Of a DNA stretch of 64,000 nt, positions 1 to 11,051 are shown piece by piece; position 1 is the first letter of the stretch; every line of letters starts with the position of its first letter. The notes under the pieces are model-generated. The model saw only the letters and a program-made list of their open reading frames with translations. It was not told the DNA's origin and did no database searches. The stretch lies in IMG/VR virus record IMGVR_UViG_3300029922_000018. One strand, given 5' to 3'. This stretch comes from an uncultured virus (IMG/VR IMGVR_UViG_3300029922_000018). Its lineage: Duplodnaviria; Heunggongvirae; Uroviricota; Caudoviricetes. Both the position numbers and the translations under genes were made by a program.

Positions 1-343
1 GAAAACCAGCTTTTTCATAATACTCTATTGAGTCATTTAATATTTTATAATTTATCATTTTGATAATTCCTTATATTTCCACTCATATTCTCGAAGACGA
101 ATAATTTCATCTATTAAATTCATAGTAAACTGCTCCCCATTATCTTGCCGTCCACACATTGATGCTATATTCAATTTGATAATCTTCAATTCTTCGTTGG
201 TATATCTTTTAATTGTTTTTAGTTTCATACTTTTTAAATATTTTCAACATATGAATATCCAATCTTTCTACTTTTAATCATACACTTAATTTGTTTATCG
301 GATAATAAAAAATCTAAATATTGTTGTTGATAGGGATATAATT

Positions 344-826
344 TCATTTGCTATATTTAATTACTTTACCACCTTCAAATTCTCTTATTACTTCTTGTTT
401 ACTAAATAGATGTTCGAATTCAGACATAAATGTATCGCCATTTACGGATAAGTCCAGTATAGTCACATAAAATTCGGTAATATAAGGCATAAATAACTCA
501 TATATTGATTTACCACCGGCAACAATACATTCGTCCAGAACTTCTTTATTATAATCCATTATCACATCATAATTATATTTTCTACCTTCACACCCTAACG
601 AATTTGTAATTCGTTGAACCATCATCTTTCTCCAAATATCATTAGTCAATATCCATATTTTTCTTCCCTTTAATAGCGGCAAGTTATCAAACGTTTTTCT
701 ACCAACAATTAGAGTCTTACCCATCGTAAATTCTTTAAACCATTTAAAATCGCCGGATGAATGAAATGGTAATTTTCCATTTAATCCAATACATCTATTT
801 TCCGACATTGCCATTATACCAATCAT
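344..826 (-). CDS. folA: Dihydrofolate reductase
   Basis: IG.NGKLPF, DFKWFKEFTMGKTLIVGRKTF, LKGR, AGGKSIY and GDTFM motifs. Confidence 0.93.
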   Translation of the reverse strand: MIGIMAMSENRCIGLNGKLPFHSSGDFKWFKEFTMGKTLIVGRKTFDNLPLLKGRKIWILTNDIWRKMMVQRITNSLGCEGRKYNYDVIMDYNKEVLDECIVAGGKSIYELFMPYITEFYVTILDLSVNGDTFMSEFEHLFSKQEVIREFEGGKVIKYSK

Positions 827-1293
827 ACAATTTCAATTGTCCCATCTTTTTTAAGTTTAATAGATATAGACATGGATTTCTGTTCTTTACGATTTGGGAG
901 TGGTTCTCCAGTCATTGCATCAACTCCACTATCTTTCCAATGTTTCTTGTATCTTTTAGCACATTTAATCAATGCTTTATCAATACCTTCACCTTTAACT
1001 TTAGCCCATAAAGCTGTATTTATAAGGCCCGAAAGGTCATCGCCGTGACAAAGTTGAAATCTTTTTTGAATATCTTTGCTGATTTTGGATTTCTTATCCC
1101 ACAAATGCCATTCATTTCTCATAGCCATTCCAGCACTATGATGAATTACGGAATGGTCATGCTTTTGTTCTTCTGTAATATGAGACTCTTTAATCATCTC
1201 AGTAGTGAGAGGGTATCCAGTCCTCACAAAAACTTCGGGATTAACGATTTTAACCTTATCACCAACTCTAATAACATTTTTTCTTTTACTCAT
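823..1293 (-). CDS. Hypothetical protein, C-terminal half DUF6794-like; possibly chimeric
   Basis: HHSAGMAMRNEWHLW...HGDDLSGLI resembles the H.G.G..IRN.W.LW...HPDDMS.II motif (recalled). Confidence 0.45.
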   Translation of the reverse strand: MSKRKNVIRVGDKVKIVNPEVFVRTGYPLTTEMIKESHITEEQKHDHSVIHHSAGMAMRNEWHLWDKKSKISKDIQKRFQLCHGDDLSGLINTALWAKVKGEGIDKALIKCAKRYKKHWKDSGVDAMTGEPLPNRKEQKSMSISIKLKKDGTIEIV

Positions 1294-1461
1294 ATACTCA
1301 TTTCTCGTTCACAGAATTTTCGAAGCTGTTCCTCTTTAGGTAAATGCTCATATCGACCATCAACCAGCGTTAAATAACATCTATGACATCTAACTTTCCC
1401 ATCTCCACATCTCGGATTTGACTGTCTATGCCCGAATAAATAACAATACAATTCTTTTAGT

Positions 1462-1761
1462 TTATTTGACATTGTATTTTATCGATTTATTTTTATTTTT
1501 AATTTCGTCTAATTTTCGATATTGTCTTGCATCAAATCCAGTTTCTTTTCCGCTTTCTTTATGAATGCATGGCAATCCAGCTAATTGTAATACTTGCACC
1601 CCAGAGATATTGGTATATGTATTTTTTACAACATATACGGTGTCTAATTGAGGAATTCCGTTTGGATATGTAAATTCACTAAAATCTACTTTTCCATTAT
1701 TTGGTAATTGACCGGTATTTGGTGGGTCATCTCGCATTACTTTATCGGATATATTAAACAT
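1462..1761 (-). CDS. Hypothetical phage protein
   Basis: 99 aa ORF directly after a minus-strand TTGACA..TATCAT promoter. Confidence 0.6.
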   Translation of the reverse strand: MFNISDKVMRDDPPNTGQLPNNGKVDFSEFTYPNGIPQLDTVYVVKNTYTNISGVQVLQLAGLPCIHKESGKETGFDARQYRKLDEIKNKNKSIKYNVK

Positions 1762-1870
1762 TTTTCTATGATACCATATCTACGATAAATGTCAACTTAA
1801 AAATAATTACAGATTTATGACGTTTATGTAATGGTTTGCGATATTTATACATGCTGGACAGCATAATATT

Positions 1871-2557
1871 ATGAAAATACTAGAAACATTTAAAAATAAA
1901 TTCGGACAAAAAACTCACGTATGTCAGTGTGAGTGTGGAACTATAGTCAACGTTCCAAAATATCAAATAGATATAGGCAAACGAAAATCGTGCGGGAAAG
2001 GAGTCTGCAATAAAAATAGAGGAGCTAAAATAGGAGATATGTTTGGAAAATTAACGATTATATCATATAATCCAATAGGGTGTAAATATACTTGTAAATG
2101 TGAATGTGGTAATACAACAACGAATACACTGTCTCATCTAAAACACCAGAAATCTTGTAATTGCCATAGTAAGCAAGTGGGTAAGCGTCTAGCCAAACAT
2201 AATAAGTTGGCAACTGGCGTAGCTATCCTAAGACGAATAATGAAGAATTATAGATGGGGAGCTAAGACTAGAGAACATGTATTCGAATTGACCGAACAAG
2301 ACATGTTGAGTATTATTAAAAAGCCATGTTACTACTGTGGGGTAGAGTATTCGATGATATGGAACGATACACGAGTATTTACTAAAGAAGAACCATATAA
2401 ATATAATGGAGTTGATAGATTAGATAATACTAAAGGATATACACTTTCAAATTGTGTCCCTAGCTGTAAACAATGTAATTATGCCAAATGTAAATTAACC
2501 TATGATGAATGGAAACAATGGTCAATTAGGCTGGCCAATAATATTAAGAATTTTTAG
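1871..2557 (+). CDS. HNH homing endonuclease (free-standing, antisense to neighbours)
   Basis: Repeated C.C.CG...SC.C modules; CYYCG and NGVDRLDNTKGYTLSNCVPSCKQCNYAK; TATTTATA at 1842-1849. Confidence 0.85.
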   Translation: MKILETFKNKFGQKTHVCQCECGTIVNVPKYQIDIGKRKSCGKGVCNKNRGAKIGDMFGKLTIISYNPIGCKYTCKCECGNTTTNTLSHLKHQKSCNCHSKQVGKRLAKHNKLATGVAILRRIMKNYRWGAKTREHVFELTEQDMLSIIKKPCYYCGVEYSMIWNDTRVFTKEEPYKYNGVDRLDNTKGYTLSNCVPSCKQCNYAKCKLTYDEWKQWSIRLANNIKNF

Positions 2558-3659
2558 CTCTTAATTCCGATGAAGATATATTAATTTTAAAATTTTCTGC
2601 CTCGGAAGATGATATAATTAAATCTTTACCATATGTTTTATCGATTGGAATTTCGTTTCTACCAAAAACTAGGAACCTAACGTTGTTAGTCTTAAAGAAT
2701 TTTTCTAACCATTCTGGAGCATATCCATACTTTATGTCCCACAGCCTAACCCAAGTATCTGCACCGACAATAAACGTAATTATTGCGTTTGGATTGTATT
2801 TCTTAATTAAATCTACTTTTTCTTTAATAGTAGAGCATTTATTGATAATATAATTGAATTTATGTTCATTGATATATTTTAATCGCTCGTTTATATCGAT
2901 GTAATCAATAATTCCTTTGTCGGCGTTTTTTATAGATAATTCCAAAAATGTATCGATATTTAATATTACATCTGCCAATTGTTTTATGGCAACATGCCCT
3001 TGATGTAAAAAATTAAAACTCCCTCCAAACAAGGCAATTTCCTTGAGGGTATCAAAGGACCCATTACAATAAAAATCCCGTTCACCAATTACTAACGGCT
3101 GAATTTGCTCATTTTTTGCAGTAATGATTTCGGGCGACTCCGACCCAAAATGACCAAAATCAGATGGATAAATATAAGTGTCAGAGTCTATTCCAGATGC
3201 AATAGATAAGGATTTGAATATTACATAGGAGATAAGAGCATCTTCATCTTGTCTGGGTCTGCCCTGTTCCAATACAATCTTAACACTCTTAGTCGAGTCA
3301 AATTTATGGATAGCAACATTAATCTTATGTTGCCGCCCAACTCGTTCACCATCAAATGCAATCGAACTGGCCGCACCAATACCAATAGCATATTTAGGCT
3401 CAACACCAGCAATAATACATTGATTATAAGATGCTAATGCTAATTTACGAGCGGCTAATGGACTGGAATATTCCGTCATTTTAATACCGACAAAATTATC
3501 AAATATAGTTCTATCATAAGGCACAATTGCCCCAACAATAGTTTTCGATGCTCCACTTATTTTCAAATAATCACTTATAAAGGATGCACCGCCGCCAGTT
3601 ATAGCAATAAACGCCTTATAAGGAGATTCGTTAATTTTGTTTACAATATCAGAGTTCAT
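2544..3659 (-). CDS. CinA/PncC-like domain fused to NadD-like nucleotidyltransferase
   Basis: N-term ITGGG...SGASKTIV...PY; C-term FGGSFNFLHQGH (HxGH), VGADT..R, ISSSELR. Confidence 0.75.
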   Translation of the reverse strand: MNSDIVNKINESPYKAFIAITGGGASFISDYLKISGASKTIVGAIVPYDRTIFDNFVGIKMTEYSSPLAARKLALASYNQCIIAGVEPKYAIGIGAASSIAFDGERVGRQHKINVAIHKFDSTKSVKIVLEQGRPRQDEDALISYVIFKSLSIASGIDSDTYIYPSDFGHFGSESPEIITAKNEQIQPLVIGERDFYCNGSFDTLKEIALFGGSFNFLHQGHVAIKQLADVILNIDTFLELSIKNADKGIIDYIDINERLKYINEHKFNYIINKCSTIKEKVDLIKKYNPNAIITFIVGADTWVRLWDIKYGYAPEWLEKFFKTNNVRFLVFGRNEIPIDKTYGKDLIISSSEAENFKINISSSELRAKNS

Positions 3660-4045
3660 AAATTTTAGCGTTTGGATTTTCTAATTTATAAGTTCGTAAA
3701 CAATCGGCACATAACTCGATATCTTCCCAATCAATAGTATCATTACCCATATCAATTCTTAAATGTTTAACAATGCAGCCAGCATTTTCTTCGGAATATC
3801 CGCATTTATCACAGGTCAAAAATTCATGTTTCATATTATTGTTTCTTTTGTTGAGCCGTTATAATTGTTTTATTTAATGTCCTACAATACCAAGACACGA
3901 TATCATATTTCTTACCTATCCACCAATATTTATTGAATATCATCATAAATCAATTATTCTGCAATCGGACGGAGTTAGTTCCCCGCCTGATATTTCTTTA
4001 CCGGTTCTTGGATTAAATCTTTTTTCTATAGTATATAAAATCATA

Positions 4046-4882
4046 TTATTTTCGGTTTAAATATTCCATCTCAACAATCTCATTGACCCGCTTTACAATA
4101 TCGACCTTATTAGTCATATAAAGACCGGCACTTGAAAATGATGTTAATTCTCCGAGCCAGAAATTATTATCACCATCTTGGAAAATATCGACGCAAAACA
4201 AAGAGTCTGGGAACCATCCAACCTTCAATATTTCCAAACACTTTTCTCTAGCTCCATTCGGAATACTTGGAATTTGCGTCTTCTTTCCTTGATATTGATA
4301 TGTTGATGCAGCAATAATTTCTCCACCATTATATTTGGAACATACAATTCTAAATTCCCCATTAATTTTCTTGGGAGTTGATACTATAATAATATCATTA
4401 TCTTCGGCACTACTCTGGATGCCATTTTCCCAAAACCTATCAAAGTCCTGTAAATCAAGCAGTTGGGCTTGAAATGTCTTTTCGCCGCTATCAGGACGGA
4501 TAAATATCAAGGCATCTTTCCCAAATTTTTCATAAAAATGAAATTTATTCTCCTTTAAATTTTTAAGAGTAGTAAATTCATTATTATCATTAAATAGAAA
4601 TGATTGAAATTTTGGATAATAGGTAGTGCAAAGATAATTTTGCCAACTACTATATGCAATTGGAAAGCAACCTTTTGGAAGACGACTAGCAATATTCTTA
4701 GTCATTTGTATTGAACCCTGCACAATTACACAATCATGCTCATCAAATCCTTCGGAATTAAAATCAAAATGATTATGCTTCCCAATAACAAAGCAATAAC
4801 GACCGGAATCTTTAATTGATTTAATTAAATCATTATAGTCTTCACTATCCGTAAAGTTTTCGATGATCCATTTACATTTCAT
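4046..4882 (-). CDS. ATP-grasp domain protein (R2K/DUF4343-like)
   Basis: FIRPDSGEKTF, GEFR, CVDI, GELTSFSSAGLY motifs. Confidence 0.7.
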   Translation of the reverse strand: MKCKWIIENFTDSEDYNDLIKSIKDSGRYCFVIGKHNHFDFNSEGFDEHDCVIVQGSIQMTKNIASRLPKGCFPIAYSSWQNYLCTTYYPKFQSFLFNDNNEFTTLKNLKENKFHFYEKFGKDALIFIRPDSGEKTFQAQLLDLQDFDRFWENGIQSSAEDNDIIIVSTPKKINGEFRIVCSKYNGGEIIAASTYQYQGKKTQIPSIPNGAREKCLEILKVGWFPDSLFCVDIFQDGDNNFWLGELTSFSSAGLYMTNKVDIVKRVNEIVEMEYLNRK

Positions 4883-5514
4883 AATAATTTACGCAAATCC
4901 TCAACGGTATATGATTTAGATTTCCCTTTCTTCATATTTTTGATGGACTCTTCCAATCTACCGTCTAAATCTTTTATATTTTCTTTTACTTTTTTATTCG
5001 TCCAGCCCCAGAATGTCAATTCCCATAATAATTCAGCAATTGCTTTTTCCAATGATATTTTAATAGAAATTATAATTTCCGAATCAATTACATTATTCCA
5101 AGATGTAAATCCAGCCGCAAAAAATTCTTGGTGCTTATCTGCATTACAATCATAATGACCTTTTGGAATTTTTTCTTTTTTAATTCTCCCATAGGGTTTT
5201 AATGAATAATCGGGCTTAACATAATGAGGATTATACAAGCAAACACTTATATATTTACCATCACCATCATATTTCTCATTATGTTCTTTACAATACCGCT
5301 CATACCAGTCTTCTTCATATTTAATATACCATGGATATTTGTATGGTTTATGATATGGTAAAGATAGTAATTCTTCAACAACTTTAGAATATTGATTGAT
5401 AACGGTGTTTAATTGAGGACGGTCGCATTTAGCCGCATATTTAAGATTTTTCTTATAAATTAAGTTATAGACTTTATTCAAATCTACCTCTAATAGTGTT
5501 TGGCGAAGAGTCAT
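4879..5514 (-). CDS. Hypothetical phage protein
   Basis: 211 aa ORF overlapping downstream gene (ATGA-type); LLWELTFWG motif. Confidence 0.6.
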   Translation of the reverse strand: MTLRQTLLEVDLNKVYNLIYKKNLKYAAKCDRPQLNTVINQYSKVVEELLSLPYHKPYKYPWYIKYEEDWYERYCKEHNEKYDGDGKYISVCLYNPHYVKPDYSLKPYGRIKKEKIPKGHYDCNADKHQEFFAAGFTSWNNVIDSEIIISIKISLEKAIAELLWELTFWGWTNKKVKENIKDLDGRLEESIKNMKKGKSKSYTVEDLRKLL

Positions 5515-5697
5515 ATATTACATTCGGGCGGTTACTGAATCATAAATTGCTCTGGCCAATATCAAATGATTTTTCTCATCTACAATATTCTTTATAGAAT
5601 CAAATAAATCAGTCGCCATTCCACATCGGTCATGAAAATTGGCACCTTCACATTCGTCTTCTGCCGATTGGATAATTTTTTCTATTTTAGTCATAAT

Positions 5698-6051
5698 TTA
5701 ATCTTTCAAAGTCATCAAGAATTCTGGCAAACTTCCATTATATTCAGCCTCGTGTAGACTTTTATATTCTTCATCTGTGATATGTCCCTTAAACGAAGTG
5801 TAAAATTCATTTCCTTCTTTTATAGAAACATACGCATTTTCTTTAACCAAATCATACTTAATATCAATTGGAACTGATTTTATAGCTTTAAGTATAGGAA
5901 CTCCACAACTAAGCATAAGTCCAACCGTATGTAAATATCCTTTAACGGATAGTGGGGTCGGTATATCCTTCGCAAGATATACAATAGCTCGGTCAAGAGC
6001 AATTTCCAATACTCCTCCCAACTCTCCACAATGAATTAATTCAATTAACAT
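5698..6051 (-). CDS. T2SSF (GspF/PilC)-like cytoplasmic domain protein
   Basis: LMLSCGVPILKAI...IKEG.EF...AEYNGSLPEFL matches the L..LL.SG.P...AL / G.SL / GE.SG.L...L pattern; no TM helices. Confidence 0.55.
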   Translation of the reverse strand: MLIELIHCGELGGVLEIALDRAIVYLAKDIPTPLSVKGYLHTVGLMLSCGVPILKAIKSVPIDIKYDLVKENAYVSIKEGNEFYTSFKGHITDEEYKSLHEAEYNGSLPEFLMTLKD

Positions 6052-7160
6052 ATTATTTTCAAATTCATTTAACTCTGAAAATGGATGTTTCTTAATTGCC
6101 TCTGATAATGTGAGACCGGCATATATTTCAGCTAATATTATTTGCCATTCTCCTCTATACTTAGAATAATATCAACAACACAACTTCCATCATATAGTGC
6201 TTCAGATAGATTTGACAATTCCTTTATTAAGTTATCTTTATTCATATATTTAGTATCCATAATTTTCGTATACTTCATCTTTTCCAAATTCATATGCTGC
6301 ATATTCATCATAATATGATGATAAACTATCAACTCTACTAGAAGTTAATAACTCTCCCGACTTATCTATACTCGCAAATGGGTGTTTTTTCAAATACCAC
6401 TTGTTAAATTTGGAGTTTTTTGGTTTTATGACTTTCATAATATTATTTTATTTCACCGGCAATTTCCAACCACTCGTAGGAGATTGATTCGGGCTGCATT
6501 TTACTATATTTAATATCACAGAAATTTTTAAATTTATCTAATGCTTCCGACTCTGAATTGGCATTGACTAACTTTGAAACTCCTTCTTGAGAAGTGCCAG
6601 AAATCCCATACACTTTAATTGATACTTTTGCTTTAATATAATATAACATAATTTTTTAATAATCTTGATTATTGGCTGGTTCATTGGGAAATACTAATTC
6701 TGATAATGAATTAGTAATTGAGGTTAATGCCGTTCGCTTTCCCGCTTTAATTCCTAACTTATAATAATCACTTGAAATTTTAGAATAAATATCAATATCC
6801 GAGGATATAAGTGTATCAACCGGCAAAAACAATTCTATATTGGAATTAAGCCAATAACTCAATTGAGAACACGTTGATACTAATACAAATCCTCGACTAG
6901 AGAGAAATGCTTCGGATGCTTCGTCTTTTAAATGAACTTTAGAATAATATGCCATATCGTTTAATATACTTTATCAAGAAATGCTTTTAACATTCTCGCC
7001 TCCCTGCCTCCAAGACACATTTCAGCATTTCCAATCGAAATTGAAAAGTGATGCTTTTTCTTGGGTTCCCATGCCGGAGAAAAATGAAGGTGAAATGATT
7101 TAGATTTATTCTGCAATGATTTGTATTTTTTGATTTTCATAATTTTTAGAGTATATCAGA

Positions 7161-7445
7161 TTATAGTTGGTTGTCAATAAATTTCTTGATTGTTTCTAAA
7201 TGGCATCTGTCCGGGACACACCAACAACCACACACTCTTCCTTTTAACTTTAACACTAAAGTTTTAAATTTAAAGTCTTTGGATATACGTTTATTGAAAT
7301 ATTCTTCGTATTTATCACAGACTTCATCACGAGTTCCGTCAATTCCAATATGGAATACGTTCCCAAATGAAGTTCCACGACCACAATATACCTCACATTT
7401 ATTATATTTGATGTTGACAATTCTCATTTTGTTGATATTATACAA
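7161..7445 (-). CDS. DUF4326 family protein (likely start 7427)
   Basis: VYCGRGTSFGNVF...DG.RDEVC..Y...LKGRVCGCWC.P..CH. Confidence 0.8.
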   Translation of the reverse strand: MYNINKMRIVNIKYNKCEVYCGRGTSFGNVFHIGIDGTRDEVCDKYEEYFNKRISKDFKFKTLVLKLKGRVCGCWCVPDRCHLETIKKFIDNQL

Positions 7446-7681
7446 GCAATGAAAACTAAAGTCAATAAATTACCACGATATTTATATCGACACGATGACG
7501 GTGAGCGGTTTACTTTAAAAAATAATTTTTATACCATGGACTCGTCCGTGATGGTTCCGAAGTATAGATATACTTATGAACAACTCATAAATCATAATTT
7601 TGTTGCTAGTGTAAAAGATTGTAATATAGTAACTTATAAATCTAATAACACCGGACATGGCGATTTTGAAGATGAAAGTTG

Positions 7682-7709
7682 TTGACATTCAATCTAAAAT
7701 AGATATACT
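7682..7709 (+). promoter_or_regulatory. Sigma70-like promoter, near-leaderless
   Basis: TTGACA-16nt-TATACT-7nt-ATG(7717). Confidence 0.8.
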
Positions 7710-8477
7710 CTCAAATATGAATACTAAAAACCCAAAACTAGAAACGGATATTAAACCTGTTATGGTTAAATATGTCAAAGGTGGCAAGGATATTGTAATG
7801 TATAACCCAAAAAATGGAAAGTGTTGGGTGGAACGAACTGTTGGTGAAATTACCACCACAATTAAAGAGTATTGTATTATTCAATAACATGAAAAAGAAA
7901 CCTGAAATTTACATGTCGTATTTTACCTATACGTTTCTCAAGTCATTATTGGAAACTGAACTTGTTAATGAGTTTAAAAAATATAATGATGCCAGAGATT
8001 TAATCGGAGAATTAGTATTAAAAGAAGACCGTCGTGGATTTCCATTAACTCATAATTACGACCCATATTTTAAAGATAAAAGAGCATCTGACCAAATCTG
8101 GAATAGTTACAAAGTTCGTTGTCAACACATTGAGAATATGAAGGCGCAACTAGATTTTGCATATTCTAAATCAGCCCATCCAAATATAATTGCTGAAAAA
8201 GGATTTTTCGAATAAAATTATGAAACTATTACTAATTATATCACTCACAATCGCCACATGTTTTCTAGTTGGATGTTCAACTACTCATATGGTTACTCCC
8301 CAACTAAACTCACCGGAAATCATTGATATTGAAGTAGTTACTTTTTAATGAAATCCTCAATTGTCATATTAAATTTATCACTGGATGATAAGCTGATGAT
8401 TGATAAAATTAAATATAATCTATCAAAATCAAATTATAAAATAACCGAGGAATACACCGATGGCGATATGCTAATAA

Positions 8478-8795
8478 TTGTTTATGAAAAATAGAGAAAC
8501 TAAATTTAGAGTCTGGGATATTATAGGAAATAAAATGTATTATTGGCCGATTTTGGTTGATACTTACATAGGTGATAAGAATACAATTCTTCAACAATAT
8601 ACTGGACTTAAAGATAAGAATGGAAGGGATATTTATGAAGGAGATATTGTTAAAGCTGGGTTGTGCCACATGTTCCGAAGTAATGTCTATGAAGTAAAAT
8701 ATCACGAAAATAGATTTACGCCGGATGATATTTGTGATACTAATGATATTGAAGTGATTGGTAATATATTTGAAAATAAAGAATTATTGAAATGA
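8478..8795 (+). CDS. YopX family protein
   Basis: KFRVWD...QYTGLKDKNGRDIYEGDIV...EVIGNIFEN. Confidence 0.88.
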   Translation: MFMKNRETKFRVWDIIGNKMYYWPILVDTYIGDKNTILQQYTGLKDKNGRDIYEGDIVKAGLCHMFRSNVYEVKYHENRFTPDDICDTNDIEVIGNIFENKELLK

Positions 8796-9242
8796 ATATT
8801 CTAAAATCAATTTGGGCTGGTATAATGATGATACCCATTATATTCTGGTTTATCATCGTGCTTTATATGTGGTATTTTATGGTGTGGAAAATAAACCGAG
8901 AAGACAAAAACTATTGTGACGATAGTTGTGCCGATTAAAAATTTATGAAATTACAAGAATTAGAAGATTGGATTAAAAGTGCCAACTACGTTGAACATGG
9001 ACAACACGAATTCACCGATAGTTGTGGCAATGAGGAAACCTCAATTATCTATGAAAAAGACGGGAAGCATTATAAGATAGAATTCCAAAACGGACATCCA
9101 TATGAAAGATATGTTTCCGGTAAAGGATATGTTCGTGGCGAATATGATATCTCCGAAGTCAAAAAAATAAGCTGGATGGAATATCGCCACGATTGGGAAG
9201 AAATTACTTGACAAAAATATAAATCGGTGTTATTATACACAT

Positions 9243-9452
9243 ATGATTACAAATAAAACTCAAACGTTGTCGAGTGCGTTAAAATCTAAATCCCGCCTTG
9301 CGGGAGAACTCGTCCGGCTCCAAGCAATTCTCCAACGTGAGAATTCTCGTAAAAGCGACAGCGTTTCAACAGTTGACCGTCAAGAAATCTGGAACAAAAT
9401 TCTAGAAACCTCAAACAAACTTGGGGAACTAAAGATTCAAACCTCTTTATAA
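9243..9452 (+). pseudogene. Apparently truncated DIP1984-like coiled-coil protein
   Basis: TLSSALKSKSRLAGELVRLQ..L..EN N-terminal motif, ends abruptly at 69 aa. Confidence 0.4.
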
Positions 9453-9785
9453 CTTTTTATATAAATCAGAGTAATGGAAACGGACCGGCTTTTTAATTTA
9501 TGACTCGCTATCATACATCACCACGAAAATGTAGACGGGGACATATCTTTATTAAAGATAAATCTCTTCTCTGGAATCAAAATTCCAAATCATGGACAAT
9601 AATCCGAAATTGTAAATATTGTATCGATTCTGAAAGAATTCAAGACCAATTGGACACGATGAAATGTAGACATAGACACTCCAAAGAAGAACGTCTATTA
9701 AGAGAAATCTTCGGAGAAAGCAAACCTTCTAGGTTTCATAAAATTACCACTCGACTTTAATTCTAATTTAGGTATACTCTCAATT

Positions 9786-11051
9786 ATGGCCACGCTAATT
9801 AAAGAAGTTCGCTTAATCAAACTTGAACAAACCGATGACATTAATTCGTATAAATTTTGGAATTCTAAAGCATATGATGACGGCAATTGGAGTGCAGAAT
9901 GGGGACGTGTAGGGTGTAACAATCCAGAGAGTGGCACTTGGAATGAATCCAAAAAAACTCTTGACTCGGTGGTTCGTTCCAAACTTAAAAAAGGATATGT
10001 AGAACAGAAGACCATCGGTGAAACTTCATCTAAATCTCCAACTCAAGCGGTGAAAAGTAATGTAGAATTACATGAGATTGCTAAAAAGCAAATTATCAAA
10101 ACGTCCAATCCAATTCTTGAAAGATTGATTAAACGATTAGTAGATTCTAATGTTCATAAGATTACCAGCAATACACAGATTACATACAATTCAACTACCG
10201 GCCTATTTGCAACTCCGCTTGGGATTCTATCCAACGAAGGATTAACCGAAGCCAGAGATTTGCTTGCTAATATTTCCCCCCTCGTTAAATCTAACACCCT
10301 CAATTCAGAATTCAATAAATTGGTATTTAAATATCTTACTATCGTGCCGCAAAGTCTTGGCATGAAGAGAATTCATCCGGAAGAAGTTATTCCTAATAAT
10401 GATGCTCTTCAAAAACAATTGGACCTAATTGATAGCTTGGAGGCATCTTATAATGCAATGCAAACTGCTAAACCAGCCACTGCCACCTCCACTCCAATTG
10501 AGGAAGTATTTAAAGTTGATATGGATGTTTTGACCGATGATAAAGAACGGGGACGCCTCACTGATTACTTTGAGAAATCTAAAAAGGATATGCATAATTA
10601 TAACCAAGTTAAAATTCGGGAATTTTATAAAGTTAATATCCACGATATAACCAATTCATTCAATGATAAATTAGCTCCTATTAAAGAAGTTTTTCATGGG
10701 ACCTCAGAAGCAAATTGCCTCTCAATTTTAAAATCTGGATTGAAGGTTAGTCCTCCGTCCACGGCGGCTATTGCTGGAAAAATGTTTGGTTCCGGAACCT
10801 ATGGTGCTTTAAGTAGTTCAAAATCAATGGGATATACGTTTGGAAAATGGACAAATACTGGATGTGATACTGGATATTTATTTATATGTGACTTCAGTAT
10901 GGGAAAGACATATGAAACATATTCTAGCTGTAATGTCCCGTTGGGATATGATAGTATATGGGCGAAAGCTGGACGAGGACTATATAATGATGAATTGGTA
11001 GTATATAAAAATAACCAAGTAAAGGTGAAATATCTCCTAGAAGTAAAATAA
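9786..11051 (+). CDS. WGR domain + PARP-like ADP-ribosyltransferase
   Basis: WGRVG and KLKKGY (WGR); helical regulatory-like region; FHGT, GKMFGSGTY, SKSMGY, NDELVVY (H-Y-E triad). Confidence 0.9.
   Translation: MATLIKEVRLIKLEQTDDINSYKFWNSKAYDDGNWSAEWGRVGCNNPESGTWNESKKTLDSVVRSKLKKGYVEQKTIGETSSKSPTQAVKSNVELHEIAKKQIIKTSNPILERLIKRLVDSNVHKITSNTQITYNSTTGLFATPLGILSNEGLTEARDLLANISPLVKSNTLNSEFNKLVFKYLTIVPQSLGMKRIHPEEVIPNNDALQKQLDLIDSLEASYNAMQTAKPATATSTPIEEVFKVDMDVLTDDKERGRLTDYFEKSKKDMHNYNQVKIREFYKVNIHDITNSFNDKLAPIKEVFHGTSEANCLSILKSGLKVSPPSTAAIAGKMFGSGTYGALSSSKSMGYTFGKWTNTGCDTGYLFICDFSMGKTYETYSSCNVPLGYDSIWAKAGRGLYNDELVVYKNNQVKVKYLLEVK

Noticed and set aside
1851..1864. ATGCTG-GA-CAGCAT hairpin before the first HNH gene as a translational control element
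   Set aside because: Only 6 bp with a 2-nt loop, too weak to support; this cassette also has no MGRKK peptide.
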